Shown in pieces: positions 26,970-36,221 of a stretch of 64,000 nucleotides of DNA; positions within the stretch are counted from its first letter, which is position 1; each line of letters begins with the position of its first letter. A program made the translations under genes and the position numbers. Origin of the DNA: a bacterium (GTDB taxonomy: Bacteria > Vulcanimicrobiota > JABDET01); NCBI GenBank assembly GCA_021817145.1, contig JAKAVV010000003.1, positions 78,764 to 142,763 of the forward strand, read 5' to 3'. Under the pieces are notes generated by a model. The model saw nothing but the letters and a program-made list of their open reading frames with translations, searched no databases and was not told the origin of the DNA.

Positions 26970-27890
26970 TTAACGCAGCCAGAGCTCTGATGGAAGTTGT
27001 GGATTACTTAAAGCGTTTGCATTCATTCTTTTCTCTGCTTCTTCATAAGCCACTGCCACTGAACAGCATTGAAGTGGAACAATGGATAAAGCGACAATAA
27101 ATGTAAAAAGGCTTACCGGTATAGCAATAAAAGGAGAAAAAGTTTCAAAAAGCTTTCCTCCAATAGATATTAGAATGCCAAATAAAGGAAAATAAATGAA
27201 GAGAATAATGAGGGGAAATAAATTTCTGTCAACCAGGGATCTGCTTTTACTCATAGCTTCTAAAAACCCTGTCTTTTCTTCAGCAAGTATCGGTTTTACA
27301 AATCGATAGGCAAGAAAATAGTAAAAGAAAGCCGTGATCAAAATAAAAAGCCCGATGATGTAAATCGGATTTAGAAAAAATCCATCTATCCATCCGATAA
27401 GACCAAATCCAATGCTTGATAGTAAAAGCCAGGAGAAAAGGAAGGAATGGATGAGATTACCCCAAAATTTTTGAAATTGAAAGAATTCTGGGAATTTTGC
27501 TTCACGATTTTTTAAAACGTTGAATGCCAGCTTATAGCAGCCAATTGAAAATTGTGAAGAAACAATGGCGAAAAAAGGGATGCCAATGATGCAGAAGAGT
27601 GGGAATAAAAGAGTAAAAGAAATTTGAGTCGTGATTTTTGAAGAAAAAATAAAAAGAAAAAATGACCGCAGCAAAGTGGCAATCTGCTGATGGATCATAG
27701 GTTGATGAGATATTGTAAACGGAGAAATAAAAATTGTTGAGATTGAGATGAAGAGGACAAACAGCCCTATAAAATAAACGAATCCGAGAAACCCTGAGAT
27801 TAAAAGATGAGTAAAGATCCAGGCTATAAATAAGCCAGCGCGTTTTCTAAAAATCCCTGCAGCTTTAGAAAGAGAAGCCCAAATTTGCAC
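26970..27890 (-). CDS. Polytopic integral membrane protein, unknown function
   Basis: About 8 hydrophobic segments. It sits at the edge of the glycan island. No family recognised. Confidence 0.45.
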   Translation of the reverse strand: MQIWASLSKAAGIFRKRAGLFIAWIFTHLLISGFLGFVYFIGLFVLFISISTIFISPFTISHQPMIHQQIATLLRSFFLFIFSSKITTQISFTLLFPLFCIIGIPFFAIVSSQFSIGCYKLAFNVLKNREAKFPEFFQFQKFWGNLIHSFLFSWLLLSSIGFGLIGWIDGFFLNPIYIIGLFILITAFFYYFLAYRFVKPILAEEKTGFLEAMSKSRSLVDRNLFPLIILFIYFPLFGILISIGGKLFETFSPFIAIPVSLFTFIVALSIVPLQCCSVAVAYEEAEKRMNANALSNPQLPSELWLR

Positions 27891-27968
27891 GTTTTCTCAT
27901 TACAACGTTTTACTTTGTTATCCTGCTTTAAACCAGCAGTTTTAAAACTAACAAGGAATTTCAGGATC

Positions 27969-29357
27969 ATGCAAAGAACCGTGTCCAAAATGCAAGTTTC
28001 GCCTCAAAAAAGTAAGGTTTCGAATCAAGAAATAGGATTTATCCTTTTAGCTTTGATTCTTCCCCTTCTCTTTTTTCTTATTTCCGCTTTTTTTCTCTTT
28101 AAAAAAAATGAAGGAACAATTTTGATGGCAGGAATTAATACGAATCAGAAATGGATAGTAAAAATTTGCATAAATACAGGTATCAATTTAAATAAACAGT
28201 ACAGCCTTCCTTATGGCATCACTTTTCCTGTTTATCCTAAACCCTTAAATCCATATAAAACAACCCCTCTTATTCTAGCCTGTACTGTAAGAAAATTAGG
28301 AATAGCAAAAATCTTGATTCGTGATGGGGCTCTAATCAATCAGTCTGTTCAGAATGGAACAACCCCTCTTTTAGCTGCTGCTGCAGTTTCCCGCTTGTCC
28401 CCTTTATTCGCTTTAAAGGCAGTAATATATAAAGGAAAAGATTTGAAATTGGTCCGTTTTCTCTTACTCCATGGAGCTGATGTAAGCTGCATAAATCACC
28501 GAGGACAAACCCCTTTAATGTTAGCCGCTCAATCAGGAGATTTTCAAGTAGTTCGCCTGCTTTTAAGAGATCATGCTGCCCTTCATGTCATGGATAAAAA
28601 TGGCAAAACCCCTTTGATGTATGCGGCTCAAGGAGGGAATCTTAAAATTATACGTTTTTTGCTTTCAAAAGGAGTCAGTCCAGCAGCAGAAGATAAAAAC
28701 GGTAGTACAGCAGCAGTTTTGTCCAAAAATTTTAAAGTTGCGAAGTTTCTTCTTTCTCGACTGCCTGTTGGTTTGCGCGGCTTGCAAGCCAGTAAATTTT
28801 ATCTTCTTATGGCTAAAAAAGGCGAGTGGTACTATTTTTATCAACCTGTTTTGCCAGGTGTGAATCTTGCCAATGTAAAAAGTCCTCATTCTGGTATGAC
28901 CCTTCCTTTTTATGCGGTTTTACAGAATAATCTTTATGCGGCTCGGTACCTTCTTTCTCATGGAGCTAATGTTAATGCAAGGGACAATATTGGGCAGACC
29001 CCTTTAATGCTTTCGTGCTTACATGTCGAATATCCGATGACTAAAATGCTTGTAAGAGCAGGAGCTTCCATTAATCTACAAGATAATCAGGGGAGAACCG
29101 CCTTAATGTATTCGATTACATCAGGTCGATATGCCCATTTAACTCCTAATCTTAATATTTCGTTTTATCTTATTTCAAAAGGTGCAAAATTAAATTTAAA
29201 AGATCGGAAGGGTAGAACTGCCTTGTGGTATGCCGAACGTGAAAGCCAGCAGATTATATCGCTTATTAATGGAGTTTACAATTCAGAAGCTACACGGGCA
29301 ACACGGGCTAGAATGAAAAATATCGTAAAAATTTTAAAACAGCACGGCGCACATTGA
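27969..29357 (+). CDS. Ankyrin-repeat protein with N-terminal transmembrane anchor
   Basis: Multiple ..G.TPLM.AA..G....V..LL..GA..N repeats. The ATG at 27969 follows an AAGGAA RBS; the ORF track start at 27885 would overlap the divergent gene. Confidence 0.75.
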   Translation: MQRTVSKMQVSPQKSKVSNQEIGFILLALILPLLFFLISAFFLFKKNEGTILMAGINTNQKWIVKICINTGINLNKQYSLPYGITFPVYPKPLNPYKTTPLILACTVRKLGIAKILIRDGALINQSVQNGTTPLLAAAAVSRLSPLFALKAVIYKGKDLKLVRFLLLHGADVSCINHRGQTPLMLAAQSGDFQVVRLLLRDHAALHVMDKNGKTPLMYAAQGGNLKIIRFLLSKGVSPAAEDKNGSTAAVLSKNFKVAKFLLSRLPVGLRGLQASKFYLLMAKKGEWYYFYQPVLPGVNLANVKSPHSGMTLPFYAVLQNNLYAARYLLSHGANVNARDNIGQTPLMLSCLHVEYPMTKMLVRAGASINLQDNQGRTALMYSITSGRYAHLTPNLNISFYLISKGAKLNLKDRKGRTALWYAERESQQIISLINGVYNSEATRATRARMKNIVKILKQHGAH

Positions 29358-29369
29358 CAGCATAAGTAG

Positions 29370-29444
29370 TGGCGGGCCAGGCAGGACTTGAACCCACGGC
29401 ATTCGGTTTTGGAGACCGACGTTCTACCACTGAACTACTGGCCC
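29370..29444 (-). tRNA. trnW: tRNA-Trp (anticodon CCA), CCA end encoded
   Basis: Reverse complement: GGGCCAGTAGTTCAGTGGTAGAACGTCGGTCTCCAAAACCGAATGCCGTGGGTTCAAGTCCTGCCTGGCCCGCCA. The cloverleaf was folded by hand: 7-bp acceptor stem, GTTC/GAAC D-stem, anticodon loop CTCCAAA, TTCAAGT T-loop. Confidence 0.85.
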
Positions 29445-29526
29445 ATTTTACAAGAACTGTGTACTCACTTGCTCCGTAGTAAATTTTCTCTTTTTCTCCC
29501 TGGATCCTCTTCTGTAGAAGGATTTG

Positions 29527-30648
29527 CTATTTTTGATTTTGCTGCTGCATAATATTTAAAAACTGGCTTCCTAATGCGCGCGCCAGGTTTTTAGATGCTT
29601 TTTTAAACAATCTTCTGATGGTTTTCCGTTGATAATAACGATTTTTATTCCCTGATAATCCAAACATTCCAGATGAAGCTGTACGGGTAAAAGTTGTAAT
29701 GATGCTTCCTGTATTGACATTCATGACTTGAATGACAGCTTTTATGACAGCATCTGCGGTTACAAAGAAGAAATACTGATGATGTTGGATTTGAGCTTTC
29801 CTAATTCTTCCGAGTACCACATCATTCGCCCCAAGTTTTCTGGCTATCCACTGCGCAAAAGCTCCATTTAACGGATCAGCTGGGACTCCACCAATTGCTC
29901 CAATGATACTGTTAGGCCCAATCACTTTTACTTTCCCTAGATCAAATAAGTAATCGGCAATATCTCGAGAGGTCTGCAAACCAAGCCCATTTCCTGTAGA
30001 GTCTTTAAAAGGCATGATTGCAATAGCGGGAATAACAGGCGCAGAAGGGGCTTGTTCTGGTTTTACAGGAACAACCATTCCAGCCATTGGATATCGTTTC
30101 CCATGAAGGGGTGCTGGAATAATGGTTTTAGCTGGTGAATTTTGATTTGAATTTTCAGGGTGTTGGGTTTGAATAAAGGGTTGAATCACTCTCTCCCTGG
30201 GTTTTGCAGCAGGCTTTGTATTTTGATCTGCATTCTGAGAAGTTGTATTTTGGCTTGAACTCTGCTGAGCTTGGGTCTGCTGCTGGAAAGGGTGATATTG
30301 AACAGTATAATGGATAGGGTGGGGGAGAGCGCTGGCTTTTACAGGGATATCCAGGAGAGCTGTCTTTTGAGGAAAGATGTAAAATGCGATTTTTTGGTTA
30401 ACTCCTTGAACAAGAGCAAAATATTGCCCTGGTTCAAGTTTTAAAATAAAGGAACCAAAACTGTCCGTTTCAACCGCAAATTTGGAATGGGGATTTTGGA
30501 TAACAACCTGGAGTCCGCTGATTCCCTGTTTTGACTGTGAATCGAAAATCCTCCCTTTTAAAACGCCAAAATCGCTGGAAGCATAAGTTGGGAAAGCTAA
30601 AATTAAGGAGACCCAGAAAAAAAGAAGCGCTCGATATGTATTATTCAT
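29527..30648 (-). CDS. Secreted protein: signal peptide, carboxypeptidase-regulatory-like beta-sandwich, Q/P-rich linker, C-terminal CsgG/LpoB-like domain (tentative)
   Basis: N-terminal signal MNNTYRALLFFWVSLILAFPTYASS. GRIFDSQSKQGISGLQVVIQN. A low-complexity Gln/Pro stretch. C-terminal IAIMPFKDSTGN.. The domain calls come from recall only. Confidence 0.4.
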   Translation of the reverse strand: MNNTYRALLFFWVSLILAFPTYASSDFGVLKGRIFDSQSKQGISGLQVVIQNPHSKFAVETDSFGSFILKLEPGQYFALVQGVNQKIAFYIFPQKTALLDIPVKASALPHPIHYTVQYHPFQQQTQAQQSSSQNTTSQNADQNTKPAAKPRERVIQPFIQTQHPENSNQNSPAKTIIPAPLHGKRYPMAGMVVPVKPEQAPSAPVIPAIAIMPFKDSTGNGLGLQTSRDIADYLFDLGKVKVIGPNSIIGAIGGVPADPLNGAFAQWIARKLGANDVVLGRIRKAQIQHHQYFFFVTADAVIKAVIQVMNVNTGSIITTFTRTASSGMFGLSGNKNRYYQRKTIRRLFKKASKNLARALGSQFLNIMQQQNQK

Positions 30649-30790
30649 AAAAATCCTCCAGCAGTATTAAATTCGATTTAATTTTTATCAGTCATTTATT
30701 CGCTGTTTAAACTATTTTACCCAAATTTACTAAAAATTGACAAAATACGATTCAGGTTCAGGGTGTTTTAGTTTAGTATTCTTAAATTAT

Positions 30791-32107
30791 TTAGGGGATT
30801 CTTAATTTTATGAAATTTTTCTTTCCCACTTTTATGATGATTCCATTTTTAACTTGAAGAGTCTGGTTCTCATCTCTTAAGGTCTTCCCATCAATTTGAA
30901 CTCCTCTTTGGGCAATCAGTCGTTTTGCATCTCTAATACTGGTTGCTAGTCCTGACATGACAAGAAGTTGGGGAATTGGCACTTTTCCTGGTCCAATGGT
31001 AGGGTTCACGCTTTCTAGAAGATGGAGGGGGACGTGGAACTCTGGAATGATTTCAGGAACTTGTTTGTCTCGATGGACTCGATTAAAGTTTTCTTCTGCT
31101 TTCACTCCTGCATTTTCCCCATGATAAAAATCCACGATTATTTTTGCCAGCCGCGCTTTCCATTCACGAAAATCAACCGAGGCTTTTGAGGTCAATCCAA
31201 CTTTTGTTCCATCTTCCGTTATTCTTTTTACTCCTGATGACAGCGCCTCTTTCAATAACTGGATTTCATCTTCTGAAACATTGGTTAAAAGTTCATAATA
31301 TCGAGGCATGACTAGATCCGGTATGCTCATTAGTTTTCCAAACATCTCATCAGGTGGCTCTGTAATCCCGATATAATTCCCAAAAGATTTGCTCATTTTT
31401 TGAATTCCATCAGTTCCTTCTAAAATAGGAAGAAATAGAGCAACCTGTGGGGATTCCATTCCGAATATACGCTGGAGTTCCCGTCCAATTAAAATATTGA
31501 ATTTTTGTTCTGTAGCTCCAAGTTCGACATCGGACTGAATGGCAACAGAGTCATACCCTTGCATTAAGGGGTAAAAAAATTCATGTAAACCGATCGGAAC
31601 CCCTTTTTCATATCGTTTTTTAAAATCTTCCCGTTCCAGCAGCTGCGCTACTGTAAAATGCTGCGTCAGCTCCAATACTTTTTGGAAGGTTAAAGGAGAA
31701 AGCCATTCCGAATTATATTTTAATTCGAAGAGTTCGGGATTATCTGTTTTTAAAATTTTTTCCAACTGATTTAAATAAGTTTGAATATTCTTTTTAATTT
31801 CTTCTTGAGTTAAAACTTTTCTGGTTTCAGAGCGGCCGGTGGGATCTCCGATCTGCGCGGTAAAATCACCAATAATAAGAATAACTTTGTGCCCTAAATC
31901 TTGAAATTGTCTGAGTTTTTTTAACGTCACTGAATGTCCCAGGTGAAGATCCGGGGCTGTTGGATCGATTCCTAGTTTAATCCGAAGCGGTTTTTGTTTT
32001 TTTAAGCTTTCTTCGATTTTTTGGGTTAATTCTTTCTCGGAAATAATCTCAATGACGCCGCGTTTTAAAATTTCCAGCTGCTCTTTTGTATTTTTGGCAG
32101 GAATCAT
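30791..32107 (-). CDS. tyrS: Tyrosyl-tRNA synthetase (with C-terminal S4 domain)
   Basis: HLGH (HIGH) and KMSKS motifs. C-terminal S4-like LVMSGLATSIRDAKRLIAQRGVQIDG. Confidence 0.85.
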   Translation of the reverse strand: MIPAKNTKEQLEILKRGVIEIISEKELTQKIEESLKKQKPLRIKLGIDPTAPDLHLGHSVTLKKLRQFQDLGHKVILIIGDFTAQIGDPTGRSETRKVLTQEEIKKNIQTYLNQLEKILKTDNPELFELKYNSEWLSPLTFQKVLELTQHFTVAQLLEREDFKKRYEKGVPIGLHEFFYPLMQGYDSVAIQSDVELGATEQKFNILIGRELQRIFGMESPQVALFLPILEGTDGIQKMSKSFGNYIGITEPPDEMFGKLMSIPDLVMPRYYELLTNVSEDEIQLLKEALSSGVKRITEDGTKVGLTSKASVDFREWKARLAKIIVDFYHGENAGVKAEENFNRVHRDKQVPEIIPEFHVPLHLLESVNPTIGPGKVPIPQLLVMSGLATSIRDAKRLIAQRGVQIDGKTLRDENQTLQVKNGIIIKVGKKNFIKLRIP

Positions 32108-32215
32108 AGCTCAGAATTCCAATTCTAGAGAAGAGATTCCTGCCAAAAGTCTAGAATCGCTGTTCCTGCGGATTTATCATTAGATAAATAAAGGAATCAT
32201 AAGAAGGAGGGCAGT

Positions 32216-32968
32216 ATGTTAAAAAGGTTTATTCGAGTGATCCGTTCCTGGTTCGGGTTTATTTTAGGAAAAGCTGAAGACCCTGAATTGATTTTAAATC
32301 AGTATATAGAGGATCAAAGAGCCAATATGAGTAAAATGCAGAATGACGCGGTAGCTGTGATTGCCGCTGAAAAAGAGCTTGAGCACAGTGTTGAGGCTTC
32401 TCAGAATAAGCTGGTTGAACTGGATAACAATGTCAGAACAGCTGTTCAAGCAGGAAGAGATGATCTGGCTTCTTCTTTAATCGCCCAGAAAAATTCTGAG
32501 CAGACAAATCTTGCCAGTTTAAAAGCCCAACTGGAAAAAGCCCGCCAGCACTCAACAGATGTAAAAAATATGCTGCGACAGGCGCAGCTGAATTTCCAAA
32601 AAGCAAGCAGTGAAAGGATGCAGCTGATTGCTGAGAACAGAAGAGCTAAAATGCAGGAAAAAGTGGCGCAGACCATGCAGAGTTTTTCAAGTTATTCTGA
32701 TTCTGACACTCTTGACAGAATGAAAGAAAAAATAAAAGAACGGCAGGCTCGCGCAGAAGCAATGATGGATTTAGGAACTTCCAGCACTCAAGGACAGCTG
32801 GCATCTCTTCAACAGTCCAGCGCCAATGTTGAAGTCCAGGCGCAGCTGCTGGAATACAAGAAACAGATGGGTCTGCTGCCGCAGACCCCTGCCATTGATC
32901 AAACAAGCTCTCAGCCTCAGAAAACTATGGAGCCTTTAAAAATTGAAGAAAAACCTCCTGGAACATAG
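32216..32968 (+). CDS. pspA: PspA/IM30 (phage-shock protein A / Vipp1 family)
   Basis: The N-terminus LKRFIRVIRSWFGFILGKAEDPELILNQYIEDQ is typical of PspA. Coiled-coil throughout. 250 aa. Confidence 0.8.
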   Translation: MLKRFIRVIRSWFGFILGKAEDPELILNQYIEDQRANMSKMQNDAVAVIAAEKELEHSVEASQNKLVELDNNVRTAVQAGRDDLASSLIAQKNSEQTNLASLKAQLEKARQHSTDVKNMLRQAQLNFQKASSERMQLIAENRRAKMQEKVAQTMQSFSSYSDSDTLDRMKEKIKERQARAEAMMDLGTSSTQGQLASLQQSSANVEVQAQLLEYKKQMGLLPQTPAIDQTSSQPQKTMEPLKIEEKPPGT

Positions 32969-32980
32969 TTTTTCCTTTTT

Positions 32981-33748
32981 ATGAATGAAAAGCAGTCCTG
33001 GTTTAAACTGGTAGGAAAAGCATTCCTGGAACCATTGAATTACGGCAGCCTGGCTGTTTTTGCTCTTCTGTCAGGATTAATAGGGCACTGGACCCCTCTT
33101 GTCTTTGCGTTCAGCGCGGAATTAGTCTATCTTGGAATAGCTCCAGGACTTCCTTTTTTAAAAAATCAGGCTCTTCAGGAGTTTTCTCAAAAAAAAGAGG
33201 AAGAGTTCAGTTTAAAACTGCAGAAATTTAGAACACAGCTTAAACCTGACAGCCTGATAAAGGCTGAGAACCTCGATAAAATTCGAATAAAAATTCAAGA
33301 ATCAGGTTTCTCGAATTCATCAGAAAAAATCAACGCTATTTTTTTATCTTATTTAAAGTTTTTGTCTTTAAAAGATCAGTACCAAGATTATTCTCCAGAT
33401 TCTGAGCTTGGAAAAATAGAACAAGAAAAGCAAAATCTATTAAATCAGGAAAACAGCGCAGCGTCTTTTGAAGAAAAACAAGCCATTCAGGAAAATATTG
33501 AGCTTTTAAAGAAGCGGCAGGAACATTTACAAAATATTCAAAATCTTGAGAAACAGTTGGGGATGAGATTGGCGCAGATTGAAAATACAATGCAGCTGGT
33601 ATTAGATCAAACTTTAGAATCAAAAGCAGACACGAATGTTTCAGGATCTTTGAATTCTCTTCTTGCGCAGGTTGATGCCACAGAAGAGGTTGCTCGAGAA
33701 ACAGGTGGCAGCATGCTTCAAGATTTAGATTTGGGAAAAAGGAGTTAG
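32981..33748 (+). CDS. Membrane-anchored coiled-coil protein (possible PspA partner), unknown family
   Basis: N-terminal hydrophobic segments followed by a long heptad-rich region. Lies immediately downstream of pspA. Confidence 0.4.
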   Translation: MNEKQSWFKLVGKAFLEPLNYGSLAVFALLSGLIGHWTPLVFAFSAELVYLGIAPGLPFLKNQALQEFSQKKEEEFSLKLQKFRTQLKPDSLIKAENLDKIRIKIQESGFSNSSEKINAIFLSYLKFLSLKDQYQDYSPDSELGKIEQEKQNLLNQENSAASFEEKQAIQENIELLKKRQEHLQNIQNLEKQLGMRLAQIENTMQLVLDQTLESKADTNVSGSLNSLLAQVDATEEVARETGGSMLQDLDLGKRS

Positions 33749-33829
33749 AAAAAAATCTCAGAAGTTTAAAAATCGCGACAGATGGGTATAACAAAAGTAG
33801 CTTTAACTTCGTGGAAAGGAGGTGAAACG

Positions 33830-34393
33830 ATGAAAAAAGCATTAGGGTATCTTCTTGTTGCCTTCTTTGCTCTCAGCTCTTTTGGATTTGCGGCTGTTGT
33901 AAAAACTCACAAAATGAGCGCTTCCACCAAAGTTATGAGTCCAGCGAATCGCTGGTATTATAATGAGGTTCGCGAGCTTTCTGCAGCAGTAAAAACTCAT
34001 AAATTGTCCTGGAAACAGGCGCATCAAGAACTGCTAGCCGCAATTGGAAAGGCTGAAAAACAAGGAAAGCTTACTAAACTGCAGGCAGGAGCATTAACCC
34101 ATAGAGCTGCTGCAGCTGGTGATCCTCATGAAGGCCTATGGATGAAAAAAGGATACACCAAAGCAGCTCCTAAAGTCATGCCAATGAGCAGAAAACTTCA
34201 CACAGTCAGCCCTGCGAACCGCTGGTATTACAATCAGACACATCAGCTCTGGCAGGAAGTAAAAAACCATAAGCTGACCAGCATGCAAGCTCATAAAGAG
34301 TTATTTGCCCGAATTCAGCAGGCAGAGAGAAAAGGAACATTGACAAAAGCTCAAGCTGAGGTTCTGACAAAAAGAGCTAAAAGCACAAAGTAG
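33830..34393 (+). CDS. Secreted protein with two ~75-aa internal repeats (SPANRWYYN..KTHKL..QAHQEL..)
   Basis: The ATG at 33830 follows GGAGGTG. Signal peptide MKKALGYLLVAFFALSSFGFA. The two repeats read SPANRWYYNEVRELSAAVKTHKLSWKQAHQELLAAIGKAEKQGKLTKLQAGALTHRA and SPANRWYYNQTHQLWQEVKNHKLTSMQAHKELFARIQQAERKGTLTKAQAEVLTKRA. Confidence 0.55.
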   Translation: MKKALGYLLVAFFALSSFGFAAVVKTHKMSASTKVMSPANRWYYNEVRELSAAVKTHKLSWKQAHQELLAAIGKAEKQGKLTKLQAGALTHRAAAAGDPHEGLWMKKGYTKAAPKVMPMSRKLHTVSPANRWYYNQTHQLWQEVKNHKLTSMQAHKELFARIQQAERKGTLTKAQAEVLTKRAKSTK

Positions 34394-34420
34394 CAAATTA
34401 AATTTAAATTGTTTTTGTTA

Positions 34421-34446
34421 AAGCCAGGAGACCCTGGCTTTTTTCT
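34421..34446 (+). terminator. Rho-independent terminator (aagccagg-agac-cctggctt + T6)
   Basis: Read directly: a 8-bp perfect stem, 4-nt loop and a T-run. It lies just after the repeat-protein stop. Confidence 0.65.
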
Positions 34447-34493
34447 TTGTTCAGAAAGGATGGCAGTCCTTTTGACCGTCAATTTATTCTTGA

Positions 34494-36218
34494 ATGAGAG
34501 AGGTAAATCATACGTCTAATGAGAAAAACTCTTGCAGGATGAATCTTGACGTGCAATCTCTTACTCTGCCAGTTTGGGCTCATAAGCTGAGAGAGCAGTA
34601 TCTGGCTGGTATTGCCAGCCAGTTTCTGCTTCATTCCAATATTAATGATCTGGTTCCTTATCAGCAGGAATATTATCCTCTTCGGAAGTTTTTGGGCTTT
34701 TTATTAGGTAAAAAAGAGATTTTAATTTTTTACAATCGTTCAGAAGGATTGACTTTTGCCCAACCTGAGATGAAAGATAAGTTTATTAGAGCTTTGAATA
34801 TTGCTCTTGGACCCCTTAACCCTTATCAAAATTCTCTCCCTCATGAGCCTTCTAAAGTTTTTCCTCTGATTGAATTGGTTTTTTCAATCCACTCGTGCGG
34901 TGTTGTGATTGATTATGTGGAAACCATTGTTCCCGCAGGCGAAGTTTCTTATATGTCGGGTGAGGATAGAAATAATTTGGTAACTCTTAGACGATGGGCT
35001 TCAAGCCCGCAGCTGTTGAATGCGGACAGTGTGGTTATTTTAATTACAGAAAACATGAGCGATGTGCATCCTTCCCTTCGAAATGTGACAAGCAGAATGA
35101 ATATTTTGGAGATTCCTTTTCCAGGTGAACCTGAAAGATTGGATTATATTTCATGGAGAATGAAAAAAGGCTCTTTTGTTCTTGAAGAAATTTCACCTGA
35201 AAGGCTTGCTGCATTGACTTCAGGGTTAAATCGAGTTCATTTGGAGGATGTTTTTTCTCGGGCTGCTTATCAAAGCGGGAAAATAACGTATGATCTGGTA
35301 AAAGAAAGCAAAAAAGCGATTATTGAAAATGAATGTTCAAATTTAGTTGAATTTGTGGAGCCTGAACATGGATTTGAAATTGTAGGAGGATGTCAAGCCA
35401 TCAAAGATATCTTGCTGAAAACCGCAAAATCGGTGAGAGAAGGGAGAACTCGATGGGTTCCCATGGGTATTTTGTTTGATGGTCCTCCTGGAACTGGAAA
35501 AACTTTTTTAGGAGAAGCATTTGCCAAAGAATGCGGTTTAAACTGCTTAAAATTAAAAAATTTCAGAGAAAAATGGGTGGGTTCAACAGAATCGAATCTG
35601 GAAAAAATTTTAAATGTGATTAAAGCATTAGCTCCTGTGATTGTCATTGTGGATGAAATTGACCAATCTCTTGGAAAAAGAGGAGGGGAAGGGGATTCAG
35701 GCACTTCGAATCGAATTTTTGCCATGCTTATTTCTTTTATGGGAGATACCACCCATCGGGGAAAAATTATTTTTATCGGGATGTGCAACCGCCCGGATCT
35801 TCTGGATGAAGCGTTTAAAAGGCCAGGAAGGTTTGATTTAAAAATACCGTTTTTTTATCCTGACACAAAAGAAGAAGTTTTATCTCTGCTTAAGGCTCTG
35901 GTTCAGAAAAATGGAATTTCCCTGTCAGGGGAGTTCCTTGAGAAGTTTTCCAAAAGATTGATTGGATATTCAGGGGCTGAAATAGAGGCGATTTTGCTGC
36001 AGTCAGCCCGGTATGCTGATGATGAAGGACGCTCTTCAATTGAGGAAAAAGATTTAGAAAAAGGGGTTGGGCAGTTTATTTTAAATCGGGATCCAATGGT
36101 TCGATTTATGGAATTAATCAGTGTTAAAGAGTGTTCTTTTCGAGATCTTCTGCCTGTCCGATATCAATCTCTTTCCCCTGACCAGATCGAAGACCAGATC
36201 CAGAGCCTGGGGTTTTGA
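34494..36218 (+). CDS. AAA+ ATPase, classic clade (single C-terminal AAA module) with ~300-aa N-terminal domain of unknown family
   Basis: Walker A GPPGTGKT, Walker B IVIVDEID, SRH-like FKRPGRFD. It is not MoxR-like. Confidence 0.7.
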   Translation: MREVNHTSNEKNSCRMNLDVQSLTLPVWAHKLREQYLAGIASQFLLHSNINDLVPYQQEYYPLRKFLGFLLGKKEILIFYNRSEGLTFAQPEMKDKFIRALNIALGPLNPYQNSLPHEPSKVFPLIELVFSIHSCGVVIDYVETIVPAGEVSYMSGEDRNNLVTLRRWASSPQLLNADSVVILITENMSDVHPSLRNVTSRMNILEIPFPGEPERLDYISWRMKKGSFVLEEISPERLAALTSGLNRVHLEDVFSRAAYQSGKITYDLVKESKKAIIENECSNLVEFVEPEHGFEIVGGCQAIKDILLKTAKSVREGRTRWVPMGILFDGPPGTGKTFLGEAFAKECGLNCLKLKNFREKWVGSTESNLEKILNVIKALAPVIVIVDEIDQSLGKRGGEGDSGTSNRIFAMLISFMGDTTHRGKIIFIGMCNRPDLLDEAFKRPGRFDLKIPFFYPDTKEEVLSLLKALVQKNGISLSGEFLEKFSKRLIGYSGAEIEAILLQSARYADDEGRSSIEEKDLEKGVGQFILNRDPMVRFMELISVKECSFRDLLPVRYQSLSPDQIEDQIQSLGF

Positions 36219-36221
36219 ACA

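Noticed and set aside
28621-28889. Pair of overlapping small ORFs on both strands inside the ankyrin gene
   Set aside because: They are embedded in a CDS with a clear repeat signature and carry no independent signals.
30791-32215. T-box leader upstream of tyrS
   Set aside because: Only ~108 nt separate the tyrS start from divergent pspA. That is too short for a T-box riboswitch, and no specifier or T-box motif is visible.
35393-35841. Small ORFs (131 aa minus, 66 aa plus) within the AAA ATPase gene
   Set aside because: They overlap the Walker A/B coding region of a confidently called gene. Treated as artefacts.
34494-36218. MoxR-type AAA ATPase as expected partner of DUF58/transglutaminase
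   Set aside because: The Walker A GPPGTGKT with following SRH-like region fits the classic AAA clade (FtsH/CDC48-like), not the AAA_3/MoxR pattern. Reported as a generic AAA+ ATPase instead.
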